This document shows, one piece after another, positions 36,852 to 47,048 of a stretch of DNA of 64,000 nucleotides. The position numbers were made by a program, and so were the translations under genes. The stretch is taken from the sequence record PP886230.1; one strand, written 5' to 3'. Position 1 is the stretch's first letter; each line of letters opens with the position of its first letter. The notes under the pieces were generated by a model. The model ran no database searches. It was not told the origin of the DNA and was given only the letters and a program-made list of their open reading frames with translations.

Positions 36852-37291
36852 GTTTAGCAAGTGCACTTAAACTGGCACACAAAATACATCACTTCCACGA
36901 TAACATAAAAAGTGGGTTCTATGGTGATAAAGTAAGTGCATTTGGTGATGAGTATTATCTATCAGGTATAAAGACATACTCTGATGATATTTTACTTATG
37001 GGACAGGATAAAGACAATACTATACAGTACTCTTCATGTAGTCAATATACTAGTTTTTTTGTATATATTCCAGGTACTAAGATTACGTTTGACACATCAA
37101 ATGCACCTGTTGACTTCGGGGTACTTGATGGCCCGTGGGGTACTGAAGAGTATTATTTCCAACAGAGTTTCATTTTTAACCAAGAAATGCTTGATTCCTT
37201 GGTTGTGTTGTGGTACTTTAAGGAATTGAATTTTGAACCATTCTTTCTTGACTGGGGAGCATGTGAATATTTAAGTACAGGGGATTTGTAA
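36848..37291 (+). CDS. family B paralog (GPWDSEEYYFQ subfamily)
   Basis: GPWGTEEYYFQQSFIF. Confidence 0.85.
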   Translation: MSLASALKLAHKIHHFHDNIKSGFYGDKVSAFGDEYYLSGIKTYSDDILLMGQDKDNTIQYSSCSQYTSFFVYIPGTKITFDTSNAPVDFGVLDGPWGTEEYYFQQSFIFNQEMLDSLVVLWYFKELNFEPFFLDWGACEYLSTGDL

Positions 37292-37779
37292 TGTCATTAC
37301 AAAGTGCATTGAAAGAAGCAAAGAAGATTCATGAGTACATGATTATGGTACAGGAAGGTTCAGTACCAGGTGTATATAAAACATCTGATACTGAATTTTT
37401 TGTAAAAGACCGTGACGATTATGACGAGTCCGAGATATGTGCAGAAACATTAGTACTGCACACTGATACTGGTGACAGTGATAACTGTGAATATCATATG
37501 TACAATCAGTACATTAGTTATTGCCGTAATGAAGATATTACCATCTACAACACAGATAGTGATGCTGATGACACTATCATTCCTTATTCAGTACTGGAAG
37601 GTCCGTGGGATAGTGAAGAGTATTACTTCCAGAATACTACGTTGTACAATGAAGAAGAATTAGATGTTATTGTAATTATGTGGTATTTCAAAAGTATTGA
37701 CTCCAGTAGTTTCTATTTTGATTATGAATATGTAGAGAATACTGTAGGAGAAGGTAATGTCATTACAAAGTGCTCTTGA
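37291..37779 (+). CDS. family B paralog (GPWDSEEYYFQ subfamily)
   Basis: GPWDSEEYYFQNTTLY. Confidence 0.85.
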   Translation: MSLQSALKEAKKIHEYMIMVQEGSVPGVYKTSDTEFFVKDRDDYDESEICAETLVLHTDTGDSDNCEYHMYNQYISYCRNEDITIYNTDSDADDTIIPYSVLEGPWDSEEYYFQNTTLYNEEELDVIVIMWYFKSIDSSSFYFDYEYVENTVGEGNVITKCS

Positions 37780-38209
37780 AAAAGCAAAAGAACTACATAG
37801 ATACTTTAACGATATAAAGGCAGGAAAGTTCAAAGAAGTGTACAAAGCCGAGAACGGCAACTACTACAAGGATGAAATGTATAATAACTCCGTTGGTGTA
37901 AGGGTTATTCTTGGGTTGAATTCCAATAGTCCTATATCGTTTTCTGAATACAATAGAGATGCAGAATTTATTAGTTATGTTGAAAATGGTAGCATTCGTT
38001 TTATTAATCGCAAAAAACCATTAATTTTGAATTATGAAGTACTGGATGGTCAGTGGGATAGTGAAGAGTATTACTTCCAAAACAGTACTGTTTACGATGA
38101 TGAAGTACTTGAAGCATTAGTTATTATGTGGTACTTAAAGAGTGTTAACTGTCCTCGATTTTATTTGGATTTCGAAGAACTTCGTAAAGATCCAGAAGGT
38201 ATAGAATGA
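37757..38209 (+). CDS. family B paralog (GPWDSEEYYFQ subfamily)
   Basis: GQWDSEEYYFQNSTVYD. Confidence 0.85.
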   Translation: MSLQSALEKAKELHRYFNDIKAGKFKEVYKAENGNYYKDEMYNNSVGVRVILGLNSNSPISFSEYNRDAEFISYVENGSIRFINRKKPLILNYEVLDGQWDSEEYYFQNSTVYDDEVLEALVIMWYLKSVNCPRFYLDFEELRKDPEGIE

Positions 38210-38520
38210 AAAACTTATTCAGTGTTCAGTACGTCCCTGGTGAAATTAGTTTATTGTATCTGTTTGATCATGATAATTCATTATTACTAGTAGTAAAGAA
38301 ATGCCAAGCTAGTTCATTTGTTGAATACATTCACGATAGTGAATATATACCTGATTTTTTAGAGTGTGATTATTACGATGAACATGAATCATTTATTTTC
38401 CAGGAATCGCTCGTGTGGGATAAATCGATCAACTTCTTTACGTTAATTGAATTACAAAAGCAGGTGAAGTATCATTGGGATTACTTAATCACACAGGATT
38501 ACATTGAGATAGAAATATAA
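38206..38520 (+). CDS. family B paralog
   Basis: ESFIFQESLVWD. Confidence 0.85.
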   Translation: MKNLFSVQYVPGEISLLYLFDHDNSLLLVVKKCQASSFVEYIHDSEYIPDFLECDYYDEHESFIFQESLVWDKSINFFTLIELQKQVKYHWDYLITQDYIEIEI

Positions 38521-38828
38521 TGACTAAAAATGAATTTGATTCACTTTGTACGGTTTATAATTCATTGACAGAAATACCTGACTTTATTAATTACATTTCA
38601 GCTTTAAATCAAATTATGCATAGTTTTGAACAATCGTTTGAAGAGAAATATGCTGGTAGAAAAGTTCTATGTCATATGTCAATGTACTTAGGAGATGGTG
38701 AGCCTTACACTACAAGTACTACATGTGAAATAAAAAAATATAATATATTATTGGGGACAATAGAATTCACAGTATCCAATGGTGGTAGTTATATGTACTT
38801 TAGAGATGGAGTGGTTGAATTATTATGA
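38520..38828 (+). CDS. hypothetical protein
   Basis: TAATG-coupled. Confidence 0.75.
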   Translation: MTKNEFDSLCTVYNSLTEIPDFINYISALNQIMHSFEQSFEEKYAGRKVLCHMSMYLGDGEPYTTSTTCEIKKYNILLGTIEFTVSNGGSYMYFRDGVVELL

Positions 38829-39274
38829 GTTACGAAAGTGCAATCAAGAAAGCAAATGATATTTTACGCGTCGTTAAATTCTTCAAAGAAAATCCTGAAT
38901 ACTTAGCTGATGAAAACCATGATCACGATGAGAGATTGAGACGAAAAATTGTCGCTTTATTTGACACTAATGCGGATAATTATAGTCTAATTGAGTTAGC
39001 ATACGACTATATTTCATTGAACCGAAACGGCAATATGGTTAATATAGAAAGACATGCGACTGAAGAATCTTTTAAAATTTCAGATATTTTATCCCTGAGT
39101 ACTGAAGAAGGGTACTTCCAGGGTAGTACTGTTTATGAACAAGGAACACTTGACAATCTATGCACATTCAGTGTAATATATCAGAAATCTGTACTGGATG
39201 TATTTTATCTTGACACTGCTGAACTGGATACACTAACCAATTTTGTTACTACTGAAGAGGCTACATTCGAGTGA
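38825..39274 (+). CDS. family B paralog
   Basis: EEGYFQGSTVYE. Confidence 0.85.
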   Translation: MSYESAIKKANDILRVVKFFKENPEYLADENHDHDERLRRKIVALFDTNADNYSLIELAYDYISLNRNGNMVNIERHATEESFKISDILSLSTEEGYFQGSTVYEQGTLDNLCTFSVIYQKSVLDVFYLDTAELDTLTNFVTTEEATFE

Positions 39275-39807
39275 TGAAAGTTAACATCAATGACTTTGAT
39301 GCATTACAAGATTTATCAAAAAAGATTCGCACCATTGTACCAGTACTCAAAAAATGCAGTACTGGTTTAATCGATCCTAGTACTGTTGTTAATGAGAAGT
39401 ACAATTTTCATTATGTATTACAGGGTACTGGGGCATTCCAGAAGTGTGAGGTGCGTGAGACACACGTAATTGATACATCATTGTTTTCTATTGGTGCACC
39501 TGTGTCGAATAATACTATTTTCCTAGACAACGCTGGAAATATTCAACAATTAACATTTAAGAAAAGGAAAAAGAACAATAACATTGGTGTGTATGCGATG
39601 AAGTGGGGTCAACCTGATTTGAAGCGTGAAATTCACATCCCTAAGTACAATTACAATTCATTTGACGAACAGTGTTTTCAACTATCGTGTACTGACCCTG
39701 ACTATGCTATTATTCAGTTCTATATGGAATTGCAGATTGCATTTAACAGTAATTTGTATATTAACTTATTGGCGATGAACATCGATGAAGTATTCAAAAA
39801 CATTTAA
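39271..39807 (+). CDS. family B paralog
   Basis: DEQCFQLSCTD. Confidence 0.75.
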   Translation: MMKVNINDFDALQDLSKKIRTIVPVLKKCSTGLIDPSTVVNEKYNFHYVLQGTGAFQKCEVRETHVIDTSLFSIGAPVSNNTIFLDNAGNIQQLTFKKRKKNNNIGVYAMKWGQPDLKREIHIPKYNYNSFDEQCFQLSCTDPDYAIIQFYMELQIAFNSNLYINLLAMNIDEVFKNI

Positions 39808-40003
39808 TCGAATTGAATACATGAGAACTGTGAGTGCAGTGTGGGACATATGGTTCACTACTAAACCAAAAATGGATTACCATGACTTTAAGCTCTTGTT
39901 CTTCGTTGGCTCTAACAAACAGGATGTTGCAATGAAGGGTTATATTCAGCACTTACAGGAACTAATCCAGAAGAGAATATATGAAAATAATAGACCAAAA
40001 TGA
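39785..40003 (+). CDS. family A paralog (dispersed)
   Basis: FVGSNKQD. Confidence 0.75.
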   Translation: MKYSKTFNRIEYMRTVSAVWDIWFTTKPKMDYHDFKLLFFVGSNKQDVAMKGYIQHLQELIQKRIYENNRPK

Positions 40004-40172
40004 CATTGCTAAACTATTCAATATATATTCTACTAGAATGATGCAAACCGACTCATATAGTACTGAATTCAAAGAGTTGAAAGTCCTGATGTACTTGGGA
40101 ACCCAATATCAGGAACAAGTTATTTTGGAATATATTAATTCGCTGAAGAAGGATATCCGTTATGTACGATGA
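39981..40172 (+). CDS. family A paralog (dispersed)
   Basis: YLGTQYQE. Confidence 0.8.
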   Translation: MKIIDQNDIAKLFNIYSTRMMQTDSYSTEFKELKVLMYLGTQYQEQVILEYINSLKKDIRYVR

Positions 40173-40722
40173 TTTAGATCTTGCGTTTGAACGTATGGTA
40201 ATTTTAATGCAATGTGCAGAAATGCATGAAACAATCCGTCGCACCAAAGGGATTGAATATACAAGTAAACTATTCTCATACGAAAGTCGTCGAGGGATGG
40301 ATCATTTTTACTGCACTGATTGTTCAAAGTTTTCAGTACTGAAATATTATCATCCTACTGTTTCCAATAATAGTTTAATATCCACATATGACGGTGATCT
40401 GTTTAGTGTAATGTATGACACATTACATCCATCAATTTCAATCTATAAAGATTGCGATAGTAGTTTATCGTATATAATTGAAGATTACTTATCTCCTAAT
40501 ACTGAAGAGAATATTTTTCAGAACAGTGTGTTGCATGATGAATTAAGTATAAAATGCATCTATATGTTCAATAAGTTAAAAGAGTACGCCGATAATAATT
40601 ACTTAATTGATAAGTTAGCAGTATTGTCTGTTTCCGTTTTTAATACAAATGACATTGATATGAAATACTATAATGAGATTTGTAAAGTACATCATATGTA
40701 TAAGGAACTATTATGTCAATAA
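40162..40722 (+). CDS. family B paralog
   Basis: EENIFQNSVLHD. Confidence 0.85.
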   Translation: MYDDLDLAFERMVILMQCAEMHETIRRTKGIEYTSKLFSYESRRGMDHFYCTDCSKFSVLKYYHPTVSNNSLISTYDGDLFSVMYDTLHPSISIYKDCDSSLSYIIEDYLSPNTEENIFQNSVLHDELSIKCIYMFNKLKEYADNNYLIDKLAVLSVSVFNTNDIDMKYYNEICKVHHMYKELLCQ

Positions 40723-41317
40723 ATGCAAATAAATGTTGTAGTGCAGATGTGCATTTGTTTTTTAAGAAATTAGCAAATGATATTATATATATATGCAGGA
40801 AATGATTTATCACAAACGAGCGGATTTAGAAAAAGCATTAGTACAGTTCTCATTTATGCTTGATGGTGATATATTTCTAGAGAGTGATGCATTGCGAATA
40901 GTATTAGACAAAAATGCTAAAAGATTTTTATTTCATATAGATAATAAATTATGTTCCTCCGTATGTCGTACTTTTTATAATCGTGATTCGGACTTATATC
41001 AATTCCTTTATTCTAAAGGTGCAGTAGAAGCATCATATGGTGATGGTTATGCCCTAGGAAAGAGTATTCCATTTATGAAATCATTTAAAATAGAACACAT
41101 CAGTACTGATGAAGATGCAATGTTCACAAATGATATAACTATGGGACGTGAAGATGCAATGCGATATATTACAAATTCTATGCATACATTCTTTCAACGA
41201 ACAGAATTTGATAATGTATATATATCAAATGTAAATATTTTCAATGACCTGTGTCAGTACTTGAAAAGTGTTTGTGATTTTGATGAAAGCTATTGTAAGC
41301 TTTATACTGAGGTATAA
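40713..41317 (+). pseudogene. family B-like gene split by a frameshift at an (AT)5 run (fragments 40713-40805 and 40793-41317)
   Basis: AAGGAA RBS before 40713; removing one AT unit at 40785-40794 fuses the frames. Confidence 0.5.
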
Positions 41318-41322
41318 AACAA

Positions 41323-41685
41323 ATGAACACATTAAGTATTACATACTATACAACTAAAAAATTAGTTACTTGTTTAATATCATTGAAGACAAACCATGAT
41401 GATATGTTTGATATGGCGGCATATGAATTAGAATTATCAGAAGATGGCTTCAAGAGCTATGAAGTATATAGCTATGTTCGTGAAGATGTAATTGACACTA
41501 CACTAATGCAAGAGGATGAGTTATTCCAAGAAAGTTTAGTATGGGATAATAAGTACGATTGTAACTTTGATTTCTTATGTTTAATCCAGAAAGAAATGAA
41601 AAGAATCTTTGATAATTATCCAGTGAAGAGATTGAGTACTGGACCGGAGCAGTACAGGAGAATTTTATTCCGTTATGAAGACTGA
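41323..41685 (+). CDS. family B paralog
   Basis: EDELFQESLVWD. Confidence 0.85.
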   Translation: MNTLSITYYTTKKLVTCLISLKTNHDDMFDMAAYELELSEDGFKSYEVYSYVREDVIDTTLMQEDELFQESLVWDNKYDCNFDFLCLIQKEMKRIFDNYPVKRLSTGPEQYRRILFRYED

Positions 41686-42010
41686 ATTAGTGAAAGTAAT
41701 GTACGCTACTCATATTAAACTACTACTTGTGAAATTTGATTATAATAAAAAACATAATGATTTCTATACTTTAATTCGTGATGAAAATACATTCTCCTTG
41801 CGATGCAACAATATACCGTTGAAGATAAATGATTTTACTTCACTTGACGAGGGTGAATTATTTCAAGAATCATTAGTTTTTAATAGTAATATAAAAATTG
41901 ATATAGAAGTTATTAAAAAATACCAGATTTTATTGAACAAAATTATGAATTGTTATCCATGTGAAATAGGAGGTCATATGCAGTTCAAATCAAAAATGTA
42001 TGAATTATGA
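41675..42010 (+). CDS. family B paralog
   Basis: EGELFQESLVFN. Confidence 0.85.
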   Translation: MKTELVKVMYATHIKLLLVKFDYNKKHNDFYTLIRDENTFSLRCNNIPLKINDFTSLDEGELFQESLVFNSNIKIDIEVIKKYQILLNKIMNCYPCEIGGHMQFKSKMYEL

Positions 42011-42554
42011 GGTTTATATGTTAGATGAAAAAATGAACAATGGAACACAATATAATCATCTTAAGTTGGATACATTCGAATCAGCTATCAGTACTGCACA
42101 AGATATAATTGATATTATCAAGTTCATTAAAGAAAATAAGTTCAAATGTTTGAAAATACTAAATCGTTCAATGTACCGTGATAAAAATATTCATGTATCA
42201 GTACGTAGACCGAAAGATCAAGAAAGTGGGAGAGATTTCTATAACAACAGTGAGCAGTTCGAATGTGAATATGATCCAGAATTCAGAGGCGGTTTCATGT
42301 GTTACAGTATAAAGGATACCTCACACATTGAGATACGTTCATCGAAAGGTGGCATACGTACATTAGAGTTCATTGATATAGTTTTAAATCAGGAATACTA
42401 CTTTCAACTATCATTATTGTTTCCTGCATACGATTTAGGAGTTCTATTCATGTATAAGTACTTTCATGAGCACTGGAATGAAGACTTCTATCTGGACTTA
42501 GAAGATTACCAATTAGTTTGGAAAGAAATGGTAGAACTTCGCAATCCCTCTTGA
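42000..42554 (+). CDS. family B paralog
   Basis: QEYYFQLSLLFP. Confidence 0.85.
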   Translation: MNYEVYMLDEKMNNGTQYNHLKLDTFESAISTAQDIIDIIKFIKENKFKCLKILNRSMYRDKNIHVSVRRPKDQESGRDFYNNSEQFECEYDPEFRGGFMCYSIKDTSHIEIRSSKGGIRTLEFIDIVLNQEYYFQLSLLFPAYDLGVLFMYKYFHEHWNEDFYLDLEDYQLVWKEMVELRNPS

Positions 42555-42580
42555 CACCCACCGATTCTTTGTGATATAAT
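42551..42580 (+). promoter_or_regulatory. sigma70 promoter
   Basis: TTGACA-18-TATAAT with TG extension. Confidence 0.7.
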
Positions 42581-42613
42581 CCCTTTATATTAATTGTAAA
42601 GGGTTATAACACA

Positions 42614-43090
42614 ATGTCCAAAGACCTATCATTTAGCAATGCACAAAAAATAGCAAAAGACATTATCAGGGTTTATAAATTCCTTGCGAATGTTACTGAA
42701 GATTTTTCCGTGGGGGAACATAAAGTTATTAAACGAAATGGATACCTTTCATTTATGGATGGGTTACTCTATAGTTCAGATGAATCAACTTGTAGCATTA
42801 GAGTACTTGATGAAGTACCAAGTGGTGATTTTATTTCATACCATTTTCCAAGTTCAGATAATTTCAAATACTACAATCATCTTCTTATAAATGAAGCATT
42901 TAATACGATTGTAATTAACACTGAAGAAGAGTTCTTCCAGTACAGTACTGTGTATCCAGAGAGGATTGTTTTCAGTTCAGTGATTTACACTGCCCTTAAA
43001 AATGAACTAAATTCCGATAGTGATCATTTCTACTTGGACCTGAACAATGTCGATTGTATTATTGAGTACATGGAGAAAAATGGTTTATGA
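42614..43090 (+). CDS. family B paralog
   Basis: EEEFFQYSTVYP. Confidence 0.85.
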   Translation: MSKDLSFSNAQKIAKDIIRVYKFLANVTEDFSVGEHKVIKRNGYLSFMDGLLYSSDESTCSIRVLDEVPSGDFISYHFPSSDNFKYYNHLLINEAFNTIVINTEEEFFQYSTVYPERIVFSSVIYTALKNELNSDSDHFYLDLNNVDCIIEYMEKNGL

Positions 43091-43581
43091 TTACTACAGA
43101 ATATGATTACTATGGTGTTTTAGAATTTACAGAAAATATCTATCGCATTGCAAAGGAGTTCAGAAGTCCTAAGCCTTTTGGTGGTATGTTTCAATACGAT
43201 GAGTTCAGTTCATCCAAAGGAAGACTTGCATTTACTAATGTTAGAGGTAATCAAATCTACGCGGAGTACTTTGATGATAATGACTTTCATTACAAAACCG
43301 AATACATTTCATATTGCCCTGGGTCTGATTTGAAGATTAATATTGATACCTTTAGAGATTCAGTGCTTGTCCCTTATAGTGAGTTAGTTTTCATGACAGA
43401 AGAAATGTACTTCCAAGGGTCTTGTATTCATGATGCAAAAGTACTTAATGCTATGTTATTTTATGGTGCACTACTTCATCATTACAAATACAAACAACGA
43501 TTCTTTTTAGATTTAGTAGTATACTATAAATGCGTGGATTATTTGAATGCAAAATACGACAACAATTCAGTACATGACTGA
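43087..43581 (+). CDS. family B paralog
   Basis: EEMYFQGSCIHD. Confidence 0.85.
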   Translation: MITTEYDYYGVLEFTENIYRIAKEFRSPKPFGGMFQYDEFSSSKGRLAFTNVRGNQIYAEYFDDNDFHYKTEYISYCPGSDLKINIDTFRDSVLVPYSELVFMTEEMYFQGSCIHDAKVLNAMLFYGALLHHYKYKQRFFLDLVVYYKCVDYLNAKYDNNSVHD

Positions 43582-43909
43582 TGGTTCTGAATACTTTGTT
43601 TCAAGATATGTAATCACACACAACCATTATGTAACCTATATTCCAGAGTACAATCAATTTTATATTCAGATTTATCAAAATAATGGAAAGATAAATGATA
43701 TATATTCAGAAATAAAAATCCCTGATTATAGTACTTTATCAGTAGAGGAATTGTTTCAGGAGAACACTATAAGTACTGAAGATGTGTACGAAATAATGGA
43801 ATACCAAAAGGTACTTAAACATTTTCATGAAACAAATGATATACAAATAGATATTGTTAAACCGTGGTGTTACAATACATATGAGGTAAATTATGTTAGA
43901 AATGATTAA
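43574..43909 (+). CDS. family B paralog
   Basis: VEELFQENTIS. Confidence 0.8.
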   Translation: MTDGSEYFVSRYVITHNHYVTYIPEYNQFYIQIYQNNGKINDIYSEIKIPDYSTLSVEELFQENTISTEDVYEIMEYQKVLKHFHETNDIQIDIVKPWCYNTYEVNYVRND

Positions 43910-44306
43910 AATTATGCAACGCTGTATTGTTGACCAACACGGGGTATATGGATATCGTTTAAGTGCTCCTATTGACAAAAATAAAACAACCTATGTAAGC
44001 TATAATGCTGTACAAGGATTTGATATATTCATTAGTACTAATTATCAAATCAAACAAGCTAAAGATGTGTCTATAATGACCCCTGATGAGTTATTTCAGT
44101 ACAGCTTAGTCTTTCCTACATGTATCGATTTACAACGTCTAGGAGCGATACAGAAGGTTTTACGCGAACATAAAGTACAACCCAATAAAGTCACACACAT
44201 TCCAGAAACAATCTTCAAAACCATAGAAGTAGAAACTCCTGATTATATGTTAAGTGATGATGAGTTCTACGAGAAGCACTTCCCTGGTAAAGTTTGGAGA
44301 GACTAA
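43893..44306 (+). CDS. family B paralog
   Basis: PDELFQYSLVFP. Confidence 0.85.
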   Translation: MLEMIKIMQRCIVDQHGVYGYRLSAPIDKNKTTYVSYNAVQGFDIFISTNYQIKQAKDVSIMTPDELFQYSLVFPTCIDLQRLGAIQKVLREHKVQPNKVTHIPETIFKTIEVETPDYMLSDDEFYEKHFPGKVWRD

Positions 44307-44797
44307 TGAACCGAAAGTACAGAGAAACTATGAAGTTCGCTAAGGAGTGTTTAGAAGTGTTTGAGTTCATCAATGCTCATAAAGATTTACTCCATAGATA
44401 CATTGCAATCAGTGAGACAGATGACCATAGGTACATATGTTCTCGAATTCAAGATAAGATATATAAGATTGTGTTCTCGGAAACATACACAGATACATCT
44501 AATTCACTATATGATTTTGCACGTACTGATTACGTTTCATACAAATCTTGGTCTGATAGTATTAAAATTGTGCACAAGCAAAATACATTTTATTCTTTTC
44601 TTACAGACATTTCCGAAGAAAGTTACTTTCAAAACAGTTTAATTTATACAGAAAAAGAACTCAAAATGTTATTCATAATGTCGTACTTTAAAAAGTACTG
44701 CAAATTTAATACATTATCTTTTGAGATTTCTGCAATGAAAGTATTCATTAAAAATGTAAAAGAATTAAAGAGGGCTTTTAATGTACATAGAAAATGA
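44306..44797 (+). CDS. family B paralog
   Basis: EESYFQNSLIY. Confidence 0.85.
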   Translation: MNRKYRETMKFAKECLEVFEFINAHKDLLHRYIAISETDDHRYICSRIQDKIYKIVFSETYTDTSNSLYDFARTDYVSYKSWSDSIKIVHKQNTFYSFLTDISEESYFQNSLIYTEKELKMLFIMSYFKKYCKFNTLSFEISAMKVFIKNVKELKRAFNVHRK

Positions 44798-45323
44798 GAA
44801 TGTAAAATGCATTACTGACATTTGTATAAAATTAATGAAAATTTTCATTAACCCAAAATACAAGACTCGTTCTTTACGTCATAATATTGATGAGCATTGT
44901 ACCATTAATATACTAGGTAGTATTCTTGATGTAAAATATGATGGTAAAATGTTATTCGGTATAAGAGAAGAGAAGATAGATGATGCATTCTTTTCTTCTA
45001 AAGATAAATTTGAACCTTCTGATTATAAAGTGATTATTCGTGATGATAGCATCTATATTAGTAGTGATTATTCAAATTACTTCGATAAAATATACACTGA
45101 AAACGTTGACTACCATTATGAAATGATAGATTTACCAGTAACAGACATTGATATGGAGAGAATCAAATTTTCATTATCAGATAATGAGTACTTAGGTATA
45201 CAAACATATTATTCACTACAAGGAAAGATTCCACCTGCTATGTATATAAGGATTGAGATTGGTAATGTATTCAATGATAAGGTTATATCTATTGCTGATA
45301 AAATATTGAGGGTTGAATTATGA
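44781..45323 (+). CDS. hypothetical protein, degenerate family B-like
   Basis: ERIKFSLSDN at the equivalent position. Confidence 0.7.
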   Translation: MYIENENVKCITDICIKLMKIFINPKYKTRSLRHNIDEHCTINILGSILDVKYDGKMLFGIREEKIDDAFFSSKDKFEPSDYKVIIRDDSIYISSDYSNYFDKIYTENVDYHYEMIDLPVTDIDMERIKFSLSDNEYLGIQTYYSLQGKIPPAMYIRIEIGNVFNDKVISIADKILRVEL

Positions 45324-45883
45324 ATATCAATGATTACCAATTTCATAGGCTTGAATTTCGTCATTGTGTTGCATTTGCAAAAACATTGATGTGCATCATT
45401 GACACTCTTTCATCCAAACAATTTCGTAAGGATAATGATTTATTTCTGAAAAAAGGTCGTGTAACATCAACCGATATCGGTATTGAACTATTTGTTGATA
45501 TCAGTGTTGATACCGGAGACAGTACAAGGGTTGGTTGTATAGGTCATATTGGTACACATTGCTTCACATGGAATCCAAATACAAGTCAAGTACGAATTGA
45601 TTATAGAAATTCACGTTGGGTTGATCTTAGTACTGAATCAGATTTAGAATCAGCTATGTTCCAGCTAAGTTTAATTCACAATCCTAATGAACTTCTTTAC
45701 ATTATTACTTTCAGTTATCTGTTACAAAACTACGATAATCCATCAGGATTTTTCATAGAATCAGATATAGATGAAATTATGGAAGAGATTCCAAGTTTAA
45801 AGAATATTCTCGAAGAAAAAGATTTCTATGAAGACTTCAGAGATTTATACGACATGCACTTGGAGTTATTTAAAAATGGATAA
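45320..45883 (+). CDS. family B paralog
   Basis: ESAMFQLSLIHN. Confidence 0.85.
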   Translation: MNINDYQFHRLEFRHCVAFAKTLMCIIDTLSSKQFRKDNDLFLKKGRVTSTDIGIELFVDISVDTGDSTRVGCIGHIGTHCFTWNPNTSQVRIDYRNSRWVDLSTESDLESAMFQLSLIHNPNELLYIITFSYLLQNYDNPSGFFIESDIDEIMEEIPSLKNILEEKDFYEDFRDLYDMHLELFKNG

Positions 45884-46394
45884 AGATGATATTCTAATTA
45901 GACTAATTAATAGTTTAATAAAGTTCTCAAATAATGATGTCGATACATACAAAGTGGGGGATATTGAATTTAAATCATTTGGTATGTACGGTGAGGATAA
46001 AACATATTATGCGTCAATGAAATTTCAAGATTTTCACGAGATGTTAATATCGTTATCATATGAAGATGTTGATCCAAGATGGAGTTCCAGTATTTCACTA
46101 TCGAGAATGGTAATTCGTAGTAAGCATCGTTATATTTCGTCAAAGAATACTCCTAACTTGATTAATATTGTGTTGAATGAAAATACAAATCCCCTATCTA
46201 AACATGATATCGTACCGTTAACCGATGAAGTTATTTTTCAATTGAGTACCATTTGTGATGAAGATGTGATATCATGTATGAAAATTTATGAGAAGGTTGG
46301 GAGTGATATTCCCATGAACTATTACCTAACTATAGATGGAACGTACCTTCGAGATGAGGTTCTAGCGTACATCGACAGTGTTTTACCAAAATAA
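45876..46394 (+). CDS. family B paralog
   Basis: DEVIFQLSTICD. Confidence 0.85.
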   Translation: MDKDDILIRLINSLIKFSNNDVDTYKVGDIEFKSFGMYGEDKTYYASMKFQDFHEMLISLSYEDVDPRWSSSISLSRMVIRSKHRYISSKNTPNLINIVLNENTNPLSKHDIVPLTDEVIFQLSTICDEDVISCMKIYEKVGSDIPMNYYLTIDGTYLRDEVLAYIDSVLPK

Positions 46395-46454
46395 AGACCC
46401 GTATGGGTCTTTTTGTGTTTATGGCTTTACAAGAGCATTCAGGTGTGTTATACT
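46394..46454 (+). promoter_or_regulatory. terminator followed by sigma70 promoter
   Basis: AGACCC-GTAT-GGGTCT-TTTT; TTTACA-17-TATACT (46426-46454). Confidence 0.75.
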
Positions 46455-46481
46455 TGATTTTAACTAGAGTTGGAGGAATCT

Positions 46482-47048
46482 ATGAGTACTGAATTAATTA
46501 AAGAAGTCACATTACTTCTGAAGCATTGTTTTAAGTTCATTCCTGATACTGGCTCACGCCAGTACATTAAAGTTAATGAGAAATATAACATCAATATCCT
46601 TGTATCTGAAACTGCGAGCAGTTATGCAAACATTGAGTTGGATTCTGAAGAAAAATATACAGTATTACAAATCATAGCAGATGTACAACGTAAACAAGAT
46701 TATCGTTCTTCATTTTACAACGATCATCTGTGTGTTTGCTCAAACTTCAGTGAGAATAAAATTGTGTATAAGAATTTATACACACATGAAGTGATTGATA
46801 CATATAATTATAAAATTTCATCTGATGAATACAATGTTCTAATGTTCAACGCAAACCTTTTGTATGATGCCAGTACTGTACGCTGTTTAGAGTTAGCATA
46901 TAAAATTCCAAAGATCATGGAAAGAAAAGATTTGATTCACTTTAAAACTATTTTAAAATACAGTACAAAAGAATTAGAGGATTTAGTACAGGCTCTTAAG
47001 AATTTCATTAATGAACATATACCTGTTAAATTCGAGGATGCACAATGA
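46482..47048 (+). CDS. hypothetical protein, degenerate family B-like
   Basis: VLMFNANLLYD; GGAGG RBS. Confidence 0.75.
   Translation: MSTELIKEVTLLLKHCFKFIPDTGSRQYIKVNEKYNINILVSETASSYANIELDSEEKYTVLQIIADVQRKQDYRSSFYNDHLCVCSNFSENKIVYKNLYTHEVIDTYNYKISSDEYNVLMFNANLLYDASTVRCLELAYKIPKIMERKDLIHFKTILKYSTKELEDLVQALKNFINEHIPVKFEDAQ

Larger units (their letters stand above)
36199..37631 (+). repeat. 42-bp exact direct repeat encoding the family B motif
   Basis: AGTACTGGAAGGTCCGTGGGATAGTGAAGAGTATTACTTCCA at 36199-36240 and 37590-37631. Confidence 0.9.
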
